Source of the DNA: a virus
Lineage: Duplodnaviria > Caudoviricetes
Reading direction: 5' to 3' (one strand)
IMG/VR virus record: IMGVR_UViG_3300044471_000009
Location: 25,968-89,967 of that record
Length of the DNA: 64,000 nt
Shown piece after piece: positions 28,252 to 37,775 of the stretch (position 1 is the first letter of the stretch; each line of letters starts with the position of its first letter). The notes under the pieces are model-generated. The model was not told the DNA's origin. It worked only from the letters and a program-made list of their open reading frames with translations, and made no database searches. A program made the position numbers and the translations under genes.

Positions 28252-28416
28252 TTAAAACCATATCCAGAAAAACACAGATACAATGCACCCAAAAAAAGAA
28301 AGCGCGTTTATAGCATCCAATGCAAGCGGAGGCTTGCCGCTGTATTGCGAGCCTGCAATTCCAGACCAAACCCATACAGTAAAAAAAGAGAGTATCAACT
28401 TGGTATTCAAATCCAT
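28252..28416 (-). CDS. Small two-TM protein (54 aa)
   Basis: Hand translation MDLNTKLILSFFTVWVWSG...IVSVFFWIWF with AGGAG RBS. Confidence 0.55.
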   Translation of the reverse strand: MDLNTKLILSFFTVWVWSGIAGSQYSGKPPLALDAINALSFFGCIVSVFFWIWF

Positions 28417-28524
28417 TTCACGGCTCCTGTTTTATCCATTCCCGGCACGGCCCATCCGCGCCGGGTGCTGATTAACATCTGGCTGCTCATGGGGCGGCGG
28501 ACTTTCACCGCCGCAGCCTACGCC

Positions 28525-29145
28525 CTATTTCTTCTCGAATCCATCGCACTCTTGATACTCAGGCTGGTAGCCGCAGGTCGAATATTGCCTTCCGCACTCT
28601 GAGCAGATTTCCGGCTGCTCATCTCCTTTCGGCTCTTCGCCCAGAGCGGTCAAATCTTCCCGCACGTCACGCCATTCCTGTTCCGTTTCGCGCCCTACGC
28701 ACTCGCCATCATTTTCAGGTGAATGGACGCAGGTTGCATGGCTGTTTATGCAGCCGTTACAGCATTCCGGCTCGTTGCGTTCACCTTTGGTTGCAACCAG
28801 CTTCGGCTCCCACGCATCGCGCCTGCTACTAATTGGGTCAACCAGATCAACATGCGCCGGGCCGAACATCTTTGCAACCAGCTCTTGAGTTCCGCCTGTG
28901 CCAACGGCATCCTGCTTTGCAGTCGGCAGGTACAGCTTTTGGCAGGCTGTTTTAAGCAGCACTTCACGCCCTTCCTTCTCGTGCAGCGCTGAAGCCAGCT
29001 CACATACCATAGCTGCCGCACGCAACGCACCGGCTGCCGTGTATAGCTCGTCTGGGTGGCAGCCTAATCTATCAGGGAATACGCCAGCAAGTACGTCCGT
29101 AGCAAGTTTCACCTGCGAAACAGTCAGTCCGAACTTCTCTTTCAC
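28525..29145 (-). CDS. Hypothetical protein, Cys-rich C-terminus
   Basis: 206 aa, coupled to the HU stop codon. Confidence 0.55.
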   Translation of the reverse strand: MKEKFGLTVSQVKLATDVLAGVFPDRLGCHPDELYTAAGALRAAAMVCELASALHEKEGREVLLKTACQKLYLPTAKQDAVGTGGTQELVAKMFGPAHVDLVDPISSRRDAWEPKLVATKGERNEPECCNGCINSHATCVHSPENDGECVGRETEQEWRDVREDLTALGEEPKGDEQPEICSECGRQYSTCGYQPEYQECDGFEKK

Positions 29146-29420
29146 TTTCCGCCTCCGTTCACAGCTTTCTTGAGCGGCTGAAATGCACGGAACTTGACAG
29201 CTTTCGTGGACGGAATGTCCATCGTTTCGCCAGTTTTCGGATTGCGTCCTTTTCTCGCAGCTCTCGTTGTCACGCTGAGCTTGCCAATACCATGAAAGGT
29301 AATATCACGCCCATTCGCCAATGTCTCAGTCATCTCGGCAAGCAATGCCCTATATGCTGCCTCAGCCATTTTCTTGCTTCCAACCACTTCTTCCAGCTTG
29401 TTAATCAATACGCTCTTCAT
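29142..29420 (-). CDS. hup: HU/IHF-family DNA-bending protein
   Basis: ITFHGIGKLSV..RAARKGRNPKTGETMDIP...VKFR signature. Confidence 0.95.
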   Translation of the reverse strand: MKSVLINKLEEVVGSKKMAEAAYRALLAEMTETLANGRDITFHGIGKLSVTTRAARKGRNPKTGETMDIPSTKAVKFRAFQPLKKAVNGGGK

Positions 29421-29480
29421 TTCACTTCCTCCAAAAAATTAGCGCGTCATGCGCATTTTTAGTAGCTTGCACTACCAGTT

Positions 29481-29654
29481 TCACCACCAAACCTCAATCA
29501 TACCACTCCCCCACATCGCTTCGATGGCCAGCTTGCCTTGCTCTTCTTCTGTCAAGGTCTTCCATTCTTCAACAGAGCATATCTCAAACTCGCACTCGCT
29601 TCCCACCCGGTCGGTTTTTACTGTCCCCATGACCACGCCATCTTCAACCTTCAT
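29481..29654 (-). CDS. Small acidic protein (57 aa)
   Basis: Hand translation MKVEDGVVMGTVKTDRVGSECEFEIC...; GGAGG RBS. Confidence 0.55.
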   Translation of the reverse strand: MKVEDGVVMGTVKTDRVGSECEFEICSVEEWKTLTEEEQGKLAIEAMWGSGMIEVWW

Positions 29655-29898
29655 TTATTACCTCCTTTCCCTTGCCGTCTCCGGCTATGCAGACTTCATC
29701 CTGCATTTTAATTAACTTTGCCTGCTGCTCCCTTCGCCACTGATCAAGAGCTAAACTGACTGCTCCACTTACAGTCATTCCAAGACTTTTGGCAATTTCT
29801 GTAAATGGCACGCGCAGGCTTCTCTTGGCTTGTATAGTCCAGCGATCAGGCTCTTCTCTGGCTGTTTTCGGCTTGACTGGTTTTTTTTTTGTTGCCAT
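29644..29898 (-). CDS. Possible ribbon-helix-helix DNA-binding protein
   Basis: FTEIAKSLGMTVSGAVSLALDQW; start re-called at MATKKK. Confidence 0.45.
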   Translation of the reverse strand: MATKKKPVKPKTAREEPDRWTIQAKRSLRVPFTEIAKSLGMTVSGAVSLALDQWRREQQAKLIKMQDEVCIAGDGKGKEVINEG

Positions 29899-29919
29899 AA
29901 TCTCCCTAGTTTCTGTTTT

Positions 29920-29944
29920 CCGCCGTGTCAAAGCAACACGGCGG
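29920..29944. terminator. Hairpin at the end of the 674/137-aa gene pair
   Basis: CCGCCGTGT-N7-ACACGGCGG, 9-bp stem. Confidence 0.5.
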
Positions 29945-29963
29945 TGATTTCTTTGGTTACTTC

Positions 29964-30377
29964 CTACATCTCGCCGATCATCTTTCGCAGTTCATCCAGC
30001 GAAAGATTCATGAGAGTCTCGCCCTCTTTCTGGTCAAGAATACCTTGCATCTGCTGTTTCTTTGCTGCTTTTTCACAGCGCGATTGCTCTTCCTTCTGCT
30101 CGGCCAATCGCACATTGATGATGCGCTTTACGATTTCAAATCGCAGCGAATCCTCCGGCTCCACAGCAGCTTTATCGGCATTGACAAAGCTAATTTGAAC
30201 ATCATCTCTCAGTTTGACATGCAGTGCTTTTGCGATGTCGTCAAGATTGACCTTGCCGTTACTGCTGGTTAGCGGCAGTCTCCACAGGTCTGTGACATTC
30301 AGCAGTCCTTTAGTGGTCTCGAACATCAGATTTAAACGACTTGCTTTCTCGAACATTTGATCAGACATGACTTTCAT
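29964..30377 (-). CDS. Conserved phage protein, partner of the 674-aa protein
   Basis: MFEKASR..L.FET.KG.L.V.DLW.LPL...NLDDIAK pattern, recalled from diverse phages. Confidence 0.7.
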   Translation of the reverse strand: MKVMSDQMFEKASRLNLMFETTKGLLNVTDLWRLPLTSSNGKVNLDDIAKALHVKLRDDVQISFVNADKAAVEPEDSLRFEIVKRIINVRLAEQKEEQSRCEKAAKKQQMQGILDQKEGETLMNLSLDELRKMIGEM

Positions 30378-30389
30378 TACTCCTGTTGA

Positions 30390-32414
30390 TTAGATATTAA
30401 CCTGCAAAGTGCGAGTGAATGCACCGGTTACACGAACTAAAACGCTGCTGCGCTGAGTCAGTGAAAACCCAAGGCCGCTTAATTGCTCATCAGATTTTCC
30501 AGTCTTCACTTTTGCGCCGACCATCTCAAGCACCTTTCTGTGCGGCGTTAAAGACTCTTTCAGGAACTCGTTGTAAAACCCCCGCGCCTCTCCTTCGTTG
30601 ATACATCCGTTCAGCATGAAGAACACATGCTTGTTACCTATGCCGCTCTCGCCCCAGTAATTCGGCGAGTACATGATAGCATCAACTCTTGCGTACTGCA
30701 TAGTCTTCAAGCCCCAAGCATCCTTTGAAGCTGTAGTTGATGGCAGTTTTGGCTCAACGGTTACAAACCCACCTTTAATATGCAGAACTGCCACTTCTAC
30801 GCTCTCGTTACTCCGCAAACCCTTATCATAAGCAAAGCTATGCACAATACCGCCAACCTCTATCTCCACTTCAAAACCGATACCATCCGAACGACGATTA
30901 TAGTTGTTTACGGAGAGACGGTAAGCACCATCTCGCATAGTTTTGATATTCTCGTAGAAGATGTTCTCAACCGGATGTGGGCGCGGGCCATCTGCTCCGT
31001 TTGCATCCACATCCAACATCCCTCCGTTGCCCGAAAGCTGGCGGCGGCAACGCCAATAAACTGTACAGCCAGTTGGCTCTTGCATGTGGAGATCAAGATC
31101 ATCAGAGTATTCCCATGCCAACCGGCAGCAAACCTCGCCAGTAACGTTGCCCCCTGCTGCCTTTACCCGCTCTTTGATTGAGTCTGCGAAGTTGCCGTTG
31201 TATGACCAACTAAAGGCGTTGCCCCATTTAAACATCAGCTCCGTTGTGGGATCACTTGGCGCAACCAGAGATACAAGATTGTTGAGGTGCTTATTTTCTA
31301 CCAGCACCTCAACCGTTGATGCCGTTGGAATGACCTTAGTGATAAACTCATCAATTCCGATCTGCTCAACATTTGAGGAGACCTTGGCTTTCTTGGCTGA
31401 ATCATTGATCAGGGAGTCAAACACGTCATGGTTGATAACCTTCTTTATTGACCGATCAGCGAACAGAATTTCATTCACGCTGATGTCACCCAGCGTCGCG
31501 TACCGTCGCTCAAGCGCAGATGTCATGCCAAGCTCTGCAATCTTCTCCTTCGCTGCGGCAATCATCTTTGGTGTGACTAAGGCTGTTGGGCGTTTGTAAT
31601 TCGCTGGAGCCACCACTTGCTCGTAAGCCCGTACAGCTTGATCGATCTCTTTACCATCGCTCAAGTCAATAAGCAGCGTCCCAATTGCGGTATTGCGAAT
31701 GCGCAATATAGAGCCGCTGGTCTTCAGTTTTGGATGCGCAGAATACCATATCGCTAATTCCCGTTGGCTATCCGACAGCTCAATAAACCAATTCTTGCAA
31801 GTCAGAAAAGCATTCAACGCAAATTTATGCTCTTCTCCGCGATACAGCGAGTTCTGAGCAATCAGCTCAAGCACGGTCTCTACTGATTCAAGAGACAGTT
31901 CATTCAGGCTGCGCTTGAACACGTCGAAATCTGCGCGTGTCTGGCTTAACATGGAGCCTGCGTCACGAATAACGCATGAAGCTGGAATGTTCACATGGAA
32001 ATGATAATAAGTATGAACACCATCTACAAGCTGCTCGAAAGACTTCTCTTGTCCAGCTACCGGCTGGTCGTGAGTGAAAATATTTGCAATTGCTTTGCTT
32101 TTCACGTAAGCGGAAAGCGCATCGGCAACAGCTTGATATTCGTCATCAACGCGAATATCCCAGATGCTTTGCAGCTTGTAGCCTTCTTCGTCTTTGATGA
32201 TAGCGACGGCATTCCCGACAGCACGAATGAAACCCTTACAGCAAGAGCAGTCATGCTCAGTCCGCTCGCGGTAAATTGGATTGGTTCCAGCAGGAAACGC
32301 TCCGAGGTAAGTTTCAATGATGCCATCTCGGTCGGTGCCGGTGCGGAACATTGGGTACTGCTGCATGTCTGCAAACTGCTTTGCAACTGCTCTGGAAAAC
32401 TTCTGGAAATTCAT
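30390..32414 (-). CDS. Conserved phage protein with HDCSCC motif and YfaP/DUF2135-like domain
   Basis: RTEHDCSCCKGFIR; RLAWEYSDDLDLH...LDVDANG...PVENIF. Confidence 0.7.
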   Translation of the reverse strand: MNFQKFSRAVAKQFADMQQYPMFRTGTDRDGIIETYLGAFPAGTNPIYRERTEHDCSCCKGFIRAVGNAVAIIKDEEGYKLQSIWDIRVDDEYQAVADALSAYVKSKAIANIFTHDQPVAGQEKSFEQLVDGVHTYYHFHVNIPASCVIRDAGSMLSQTRADFDVFKRSLNELSLESVETVLELIAQNSLYRGEEHKFALNAFLTCKNWFIELSDSQRELAIWYSAHPKLKTSGSILRIRNTAIGTLLIDLSDGKEIDQAVRAYEQVVAPANYKRPTALVTPKMIAAAKEKIAELGMTSALERRYATLGDISVNEILFADRSIKKVINHDVFDSLINDSAKKAKVSSNVEQIGIDEFITKVIPTASTVEVLVENKHLNNLVSLVAPSDPTTELMFKWGNAFSWSYNGNFADSIKERVKAAGGNVTGEVCCRLAWEYSDDLDLHMQEPTGCTVYWRCRRQLSGNGGMLDVDANGADGPRPHPVENIFYENIKTMRDGAYRLSVNNYNRRSDGIGFEVEIEVGGIVHSFAYDKGLRSNESVEVAVLHIKGGFVTVEPKLPSTTASKDAWGLKTMQYARVDAIMYSPNYWGESGIGNKHVFFMLNGCINEGEARGFYNEFLKESLTPHRKVLEMVGAKVKTGKSDEQLSGLGFSLTQRSSVLVRVTGAFTRTLQVNI

Positions 32415-32480
32415 GGTTGCTCTCTCTGGTTTGATTTTGCTATCTGCGGCCTTGATGCCGATTTATTTTCAACTGAAATG

Positions 32481-32509
32481 AATATACCCTCTTTCCGAAA
32501 CGCTGTAAA
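32481..32509 (-). promoter_or_regulatory. Sigma-70-type promoter
   Basis: TTTACA-17-TATATT upstream of the 32414 start. Confidence 0.6.
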
Positions 32510-32516
32510 CAATTAT

Positions 32517-34439
32517 TTAAGTTTTTTTAAAGAAAAGTTTACTCGCATTGCAACCGCTTGAAACTCCGTTGATTTGCACACGCTTTGGCGCAGAAATAAC
32601 CAGCTCCCGCGCCGCTCTCGTGACCGCAACATATCCAAGCCGATACAGCTCTTGCATCCCGGCTTGATCTTCATCGCCACGCGGCCAAATACCTTCAACC
32701 GCGCCGATCAGGAAGACGTATTTATATTCCAAGCCCTTAACTGAATGGACAGTTGAAACGACAACTTTTTCGGCAGCCTCTTCTTCGCTCGCTGAATGCT
32801 CAAGGCTGATCGCGTCAAGAAAAGCGGTCAGCGAATCATATCTGCCTGCCGCTTCGCAAAGCTGCTCAAGGTCTTTGATGCGCCTATCCGCAGCATCGTA
32901 CCGGTTTGCTGCAATCAGCTTGAGCCATTCTGCCGCAGCACGCACTATCTCCTGCACTAACTGCCTATCATCATCTGCGACTAAAAACATCTCTATTAAC
33001 GCAGAAACAAGGGCTTCTCCGATATGTTTATTCTCACCTTTCGGCTCATATCTGCATATTCCAAACCATCCAGATTTAACTTCTTTTTGCAATGACTCTG
33101 AATACTGAGTAAATGCAGATATTACCTTTTCCGTCCCTTTCGTCCCGTCTCCAAGTCCACACTTTGCAGGGATAGAAAATACCCTGCGCCACGCCGCAAT
33201 ATCCCCGGCATCTGCTATGCGCACCCTCACAAACGCCGCGAGGTCTTTTACGCATTGCATTTTAGCTAACTGCATACCGCCGAGTTTGATAAAGCCTATC
33301 CGCCGCTCGGAAAGCCGCATTTCGACATGCCTCGAATACACCCCGCTTTTTGACATGACGCAAATTTGCTCCGGGTCAACGCCGCTACCGATCAAATCTG
33401 AAATTCTACGAACAACCTGCTCTGCTTCATCTTCGTCGCTCCATGGCCTCCAATATTCCGGCTCTTTGCCTGATGTGCCGGAGCGCAGGCTCTTTGGCCT
33501 GCCGACCCCGGCATGAACTGAAAGCTCATTGGCGAGCGCAAGAATCTGATCGGTGGAGCGGTAGTTTTGATCGAGGGTGAACAGCAACGCGCCGGGGAAC
33601 ATCTTGCTGAAGTTGATGATCGAGCTGACCTCCGCCCCTCGAAACGCATAGATGCTTTGGCACGGGTCGCCCACCGCGTAAATCATTGCGCCCATTCCAG
33701 CCAAGGCAAGCAAGATATCTGTCTGCGTCTGATTAACGTCCTGATACTCATCAACCAGCACACGCGCCGGTATTTCATCAGCTTTCAGCAATCCAGACCG
33801 CAGCAGCAACAGCAGGAAGTCCAGTAAATCATCAAAATCAAGCTCGCCAGTTTCGCGCTTCCCTGCCCGATACTGCTCCGCCACGGCTTCAGCAATCTCG
33901 GCGCATTTCTTGGCAACTATCTGGCCGACTGGAACACGGCGATTTGCTGATGCTGAAATCGCCTCTTGCAGCTTATTCGCTGTCGGCAGCTCTGCCGCCT
34001 CGTCTTCCGGCAGTGTTTTGACAATTTTCTTGATGCGGGAAACAGCTTCCGATGTGTCAATAATTCCGCGCATTTCCGGCATCCACGCTGCCGCCGCTGT
34101 TTCTTCCGCGATCAGCTCTGCGCCGGAATCAACCTTGGCCTTCAGCGTGACGGCAGCTTGCCGAATGAGCCGTGCTGCGAGCGAATGGAATGTTCCTGCC
34201 GCTCCAACCTTGTTTGCAAGCGGATGCTGGCTGGAAGCCCGCTTAACCATATCTCCGCCAGCAAGGTTGGTAAAAGTCAAGAGCCAAATCTTTCCCGGCT
34301 CAATTCCGCTGTCGAGCAGACGGACAAGCCGGGCCGCGATGACAGAAGTCTTGCCTGTGCCTGCGCCTGAATCGACAAGGGCGTGGCGATTCATGGAGCA
34401 TGAGACCGCTGCGAGCTGCTCGGCGTTAAGGTTGTACAT
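32517..34439 (-). CDS. uvrD: UvrD/PcrA-like SF1 helicase
   Basis: SGAGTGKT, LLTFTN, VDEYQD, VGDPCQSIYAFRGA, STVHSVKGLE and YVAVTRA. Confidence 0.93.
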   Translation of the reverse strand: MYNLNAEQLAAVSCSMNRHALVDSGAGTGKTSVIAARLVRLLDSGIEPGKIWLLTFTNLAGGDMVKRASSQHPLANKVGAAGTFHSLAARLIRQAAVTLKAKVDSGAELIAEETAAAAWMPEMRGIIDTSEAVSRIKKIVKTLPEDEAAELPTANKLQEAISASANRRVPVGQIVAKKCAEIAEAVAEQYRAGKRETGELDFDDLLDFLLLLLRSGLLKADEIPARVLVDEYQDVNQTQTDILLALAGMGAMIYAVGDPCQSIYAFRGAEVSSIINFSKMFPGALLFTLDQNYRSTDQILALANELSVHAGVGRPKSLRSGTSGKEPEYWRPWSDEDEAEQVVRRISDLIGSGVDPEQICVMSKSGVYSRHVEMRLSERRIGFIKLGGMQLAKMQCVKDLAAFVRVRIADAGDIAAWRRVFSIPAKCGLGDGTKGTEKVISAFTQYSESLQKEVKSGWFGICRYEPKGENKHIGEALVSALIEMFLVADDDRQLVQEIVRAAAEWLKLIAANRYDAADRRIKDLEQLCEAAGRYDSLTAFLDAISLEHSASEEEAAEKVVVSTVHSVKGLEYKYVFLIGAVEGIWPRGDEDQAGMQELYRLGYVAVTRAARELVISAPKRVQINGVSSGCNASKLFFKKT

Positions 34440-35031
34440 TTTGATTCACGGCAAGGCTTTCGACGTAGCGTTTTGCATCCGTGTCGCTGTTAGATTCATG
34501 CCATCCCAATTCAACTTCGGCTTTATATCTTGCCAATATTGCATCGTGCTTGCAATCGCCACGATATAAATACAAATGCTTTGATTTTATCATTATAGTT
34601 GCCCTCCATAGTGTTCTGTCTTTATGAACTCCTGTTATTCCAGACTTATTTGTATTCATCCTCCTCCTGTTCCTTGCGTTATACATGCTATTAACGCTGC
34701 GCAAATTTAACCACCTATTATCAGTTCTATCTCTGTTGATATGATCAATCTCGTCAGGGATTATCCCTGTCATATATAGAAACGAAAGCCTATGTGCCGC
34801 ATACTCAACATAATCTATTGTTATTTTTATATACCCACCGCCGCCCTTGTTTTCACATCCAGCAACGCAACCGGTGATAGCACGCCTCCTTGACTCTCTC
34901 CATGTAAAAAACCCGGTATCAGGATTGTATTCAAGCAATTCCTTCAGCCTCTCCTGCGTTAATCCTGTGTTCATTTCTGCTCTCCAGTTGCCCATCCATT
35001 CGACCGGGCTGTGTTTTTTCCGGGCCGCCAA
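34426..35031 (-). CDS. HNH homing endonuclease with AP2-like C-terminus
   Basis: LTQERLKELLEYNPDTG...IDHINRDRTDNRW.NLR...SGITGV; likely start MNTG. Confidence 0.85.
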   Translation of the reverse strand: MAARKKHSPVEWMGNWRAEMNTGLTQERLKELLEYNPDTGFFTWRESRRRAITGCVAGCENKGGGGYIKITIDYVEYAAHRLSFLYMTGIIPDEIDHINRDRTDNRWLNLRSVNSMYNARNRRRMNTNKSGITGVHKDRTLWRATIMIKSKHLYLYRGDCKHDAILARYKAEVELGWHESNSDTDAKRYVESLAVNQNVQP

Positions 35032-35072
35032 ATGCGGCCCGGCATCGCTATGCTCTCCTCTCGACCAGCAGC

Positions 35073-35375
35073 TTAACCAGCTTGATTCATTCGACTTTCA
35101 AGCCTTTTCAGCTTGTTTAGCCGCCACCTTGCAACCTCCTCCTCTATGTCAAGATGCAAAATCATTTGCTCAAGCATTATCTGCACATCTGCAATTTCTT
35201 CTGCTATTTCCCTCCCCCTGTCTCTGCCCTGAAAGAAATGCCGTGCCAGTTCTGCGGCCAGCTCGCCCATTTCGCCCATGCACTGAGCTGCTTGGTTCTT
35301 GACTCCGTAATGCTCGACAGCTTGTAGTAGGATTTTTTTAGTCCACAGCCTTCTCGTTGTCATCCATATCTCCAT
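35073..35375 (-). CDS. MazG-like nucleotide pyrophosphohydrolase
   Basis: QCMGEMGEL...IAEEIADVQIMLEQM. Confidence 0.8.
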   Translation of the reverse strand: MEIWMTTRRLWTKKILLQAVEHYGVKNQAAQCMGEMGELAAELARHFFQGRDRGREIAEEIADVQIMLEQMILHLDIEEEVARWRLNKLKRLESRMNQAG

Positions 35376-35703
35376 TGGTTAGCTTTTCCTTGAGTGGGCA
35401 GTCTTTTTCGCCGAGAAGACCGTCAATAAAACACTTCATTCGCGGGTGCCTACAGAACTCATTGCTGACAAGACCAATGAAATTGCGTTGCGCCTTGTGG
35501 CCGCCGTATTGACATGTGCCAGTTGCTGATTTGGAGCACGGATAAATCTTCATCGCCATCGCCTCGCCTCCTGATTGTTTCGTAACACCCTCTAAAACGC
35601 TCATATTGCCGCCTCCTTTGCGTCCATTTCCTCGATAGCCTTCCGGTACATTATCTCCCCGCGCTGCGCTTTTTGCAGCGTTTCTGCGCAAAACAGATGC
35701 CAC
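35338..35703 (-). CDS. Hypothetical Cys-containing protein (start uncertain)
   Basis: ORF track; the likely start is MSVLEG. Confidence 0.4.
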   Translation of the reverse strand: MASVLRRNAAKSAARGDNVPEGYRGNGRKGGGNMSVLEGVTKQSGGEAMAMKIYPCSKSATGTCQYGGHKAQRNFIGLVSNEFCRHPRMKCFIDGLLGEKDCPLKEKLTNGDMDDNEKAVD

Positions 35704-35807
35704 TCCTTGTTTGGTTCTGAAGCAATCGCAAGGACAGCGCGGGGAATGATCAATTCAGACAGGGCGCGGAGTGCTTGTTTAGTGGCTTTCATATCTGCAC
35801 CCACCAT
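35601..35807 (-). CDS. Hypothetical protein
   Basis: 68 aa, operon packing. Confidence 0.45.
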   Translation of the reverse strand: MVGADMKATKQALRALSELIIPRAVLAIASEPNKEWHLFCAETLQKAQRGEIMYRKAIEEMDAKEAAI

Positions 35808-36517
35808 CTTCCGCCGTGGCCCGGATAATCAAGGCATCTCCACGCTGTTCCTGTTGGCTTGTGAATCCCAGCCATTTCCCTGTGCCAGTGACCGAAAAAC
35901 CACTGTTTAGGTTTGAATTTGATGAGCATCTGTTCAAGGGCAAAACGGTTTCCGTCGTTTATCTTCTCGAAAGTGCCATCAACTCCAAAGCAATTCGGGC
36001 AGGTATGACTGATAACAATATCAATCTTGCATTCGAGGTTAAAACATCTCTCGAATTCCGCTTGAGAAATATTTTCCTCTGAAAACCAATCATGTCCAGC
36101 AGTCCGCATGTTCTTGTCAACTGATGCCGCGCCGCCAAAGAAAAGGACATTTCTTCCGTCCGGCAAAGCCAAGACACTCCCCCTTGAAGCGTGAAACACA
36201 TTGCCGTACATCCGATGAATCATTCCGTCCTGAATCAAAACAGGATGCTGCTCATGGTTGCCATCGCAGAAATAAACACTGGAGATTCCAGTTTTCAATC
36301 CTTTGTGCGCCCACTTCTTTTGCAGCCCGTAAAGCACTGGCCTTTTCGTCTCAAGCGCAGGCCACCACCCAAAGTCACCGCATTGCAAAATGATTTTAGG
36401 CCGCTTGCTTGCAATCAATGCGTTCAGCTTTCCCCAGTCGCCGTGTAAATCTCCAATTGCGATAATCATGTCTTCACCAAGGCCCAAAAATTGTTCTTTC
36501 ATGATAGAAGGTTGCAA
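35789..36517 (-). CDS. Calcineurin-like metallophosphoesterase
   Basis: GDLHG, QCGDFG, DGNHE, ISHTCP and FGHWH motifs. Confidence 0.9.
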   Translation of the reverse strand: MQPSIMKEQFLGLGEDMIIAIGDLHGDWGKLNALIASKRPKIILQCGDFGWWPALETKRPVLYGLQKKWAHKGLKTGISSVYFCDGNHEQHPVLIQDGMIHRMYGNVFHASRGSVLALPDGRNVLFFGGAASVDKNMRTAGHDWFSEENISQAEFERCFNLECKIDIVISHTCPNCFGVDGTFEKINDGNRFALEQMLIKFKPKQWFFGHWHREMAGIHKPTGTAWRCLDYPGHGGRWWVQI

Positions 36518-37775
36518 ATACAGTTCCGGTAGGCCCGTCCTTCTGCTTTGCGACTATTATTTCAGTCCTGCGTTTTTCTATGTCATCGGTTATATTTTTG
36601 TTATAAACAGAATCCCTGTAAAGAAAGAGAATAACGCTTGCATCCTGCTCTATCTGTCCGCTCTCCCTCAGATCAGACATATTCGGACGCTTGTCAACCC
36701 TTTCCTCTACCTTGCGACTTAACTGCGAAAGAGCTATAACGCAAACGCCAAGCTCTTTCGCAAGAATCTGTAAGCCTCTGCTTACCTCGCTCACTTCCTC
36801 ATATCTATTTTTTGACTTTTCGGTTGACGCAAGCTGCAAATAGTCAACAAATAGTATGTCAAGCCCGTGTTTGTCTTTTAACATCCTTGCCCTGCTCTTT
36901 ATCTGCTCTATGGAAAGACCAGGGGTTTCGTCTATCCATATTTTTTTATTTGCAGATTCCATGCAAGCCTTATCTATCTCGCCGCTCTTGCCATGTACCC
37001 GCCCAGCTCTCAAGTCATGCAGTCCAATGCCGGACAAGCTGGCCAGCACCCTTGTAGCTAAACTTACAGCCGTTGTTTCAAGGGAAAAGAAACCAACCTT
37101 CCCTCCAGATGCCAAGGCCATTGTCATTGCCAAGGCGGTCTTCCCTATGCTCGGTCTCGCCGCAAGGATAACAAGTGATCCCGGAACAAGCCCTGATGTC
37201 ATTTTATCGAGAACCGGAATGCCGGACGGAAGCCCAATAATTCCGCTTGGATTTTTAGATGCCTCTAAAATACGTTCCTTGGCATCAATAGACGCATCTC
37301 CGAGCGTAACCCAACTGGATACCGTCCCCGTGGAAAGAATGCGCCTAATGTCATTCTCGTGCTGCTGACAAGCATCGTGGTCTCCAGCCATGATGCGATG
37401 GTATGTTGAGGCGCATTTTTCGGCTATTGCCCGCGAAACCGCTTTCTCCCGGATAATCCCAGCATGATGCACCAACATTCCCGTGAACGGAATAACATCG
37501 GTAAGTTGCGTCACATATACAACCCCGCCAGCCTTTTCCAGCTTTCCGTGATCTCTCAGCCAGTCAGTTACGGAAACTAAATCATGCGGGCGATTACTCC
37601 GCGAGAGAGCTATTGCCGCCTCAAAGATTAGCTTATGGCGGTCTGAATAGAAATCTTCCGCTGCAAGCAGCCCCTCTATTTTGCTCATTGCCTTGTCATT
37701 AATCAGCAACGTTCCAAGAAGCGTCGCCTCGGCCTGAAAGTTATTAGGCTTGGCATCTTTACTGTTGTTCATCAT
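36474..37775 (-). CDS. dnaB: Replicative helicase
   Basis: AARPSIGKT, FVDYLQL, SQLSR, DLRESGQIEQDA and KQKDGPTG. Confidence 0.95.
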   Translation of the reverse strand: MMNNSKDAKPNNFQAEATLLGTLLINDKAMSKIEGLLAAEDFYSDRHKLIFEAAIALSRSNRPHDLVSVTDWLRDHGKLEKAGGVVYVTQLTDVIPFTGMLVHHAGIIREKAVSRAIAEKCASTYHRIMAGDHDACQQHENDIRRILSTGTVSSWVTLGDASIDAKERILEASKNPSGIIGLPSGIPVLDKMTSGLVPGSLVILAARPSIGKTALAMTMALASGGKVGFFSLETTAVSLATRVLASLSGIGLHDLRAGRVHGKSGEIDKACMESANKKIWIDETPGLSIEQIKSRARMLKDKHGLDILFVDYLQLASTEKSKNRYEEVSEVSRGLQILAKELGVCVIALSQLSRKVEERVDKRPNMSDLRESGQIEQDASVILFLYRDSVYNKNITDDIEKRRTEIIVAKQKDGPTGTVFATFYHERTIFGPW

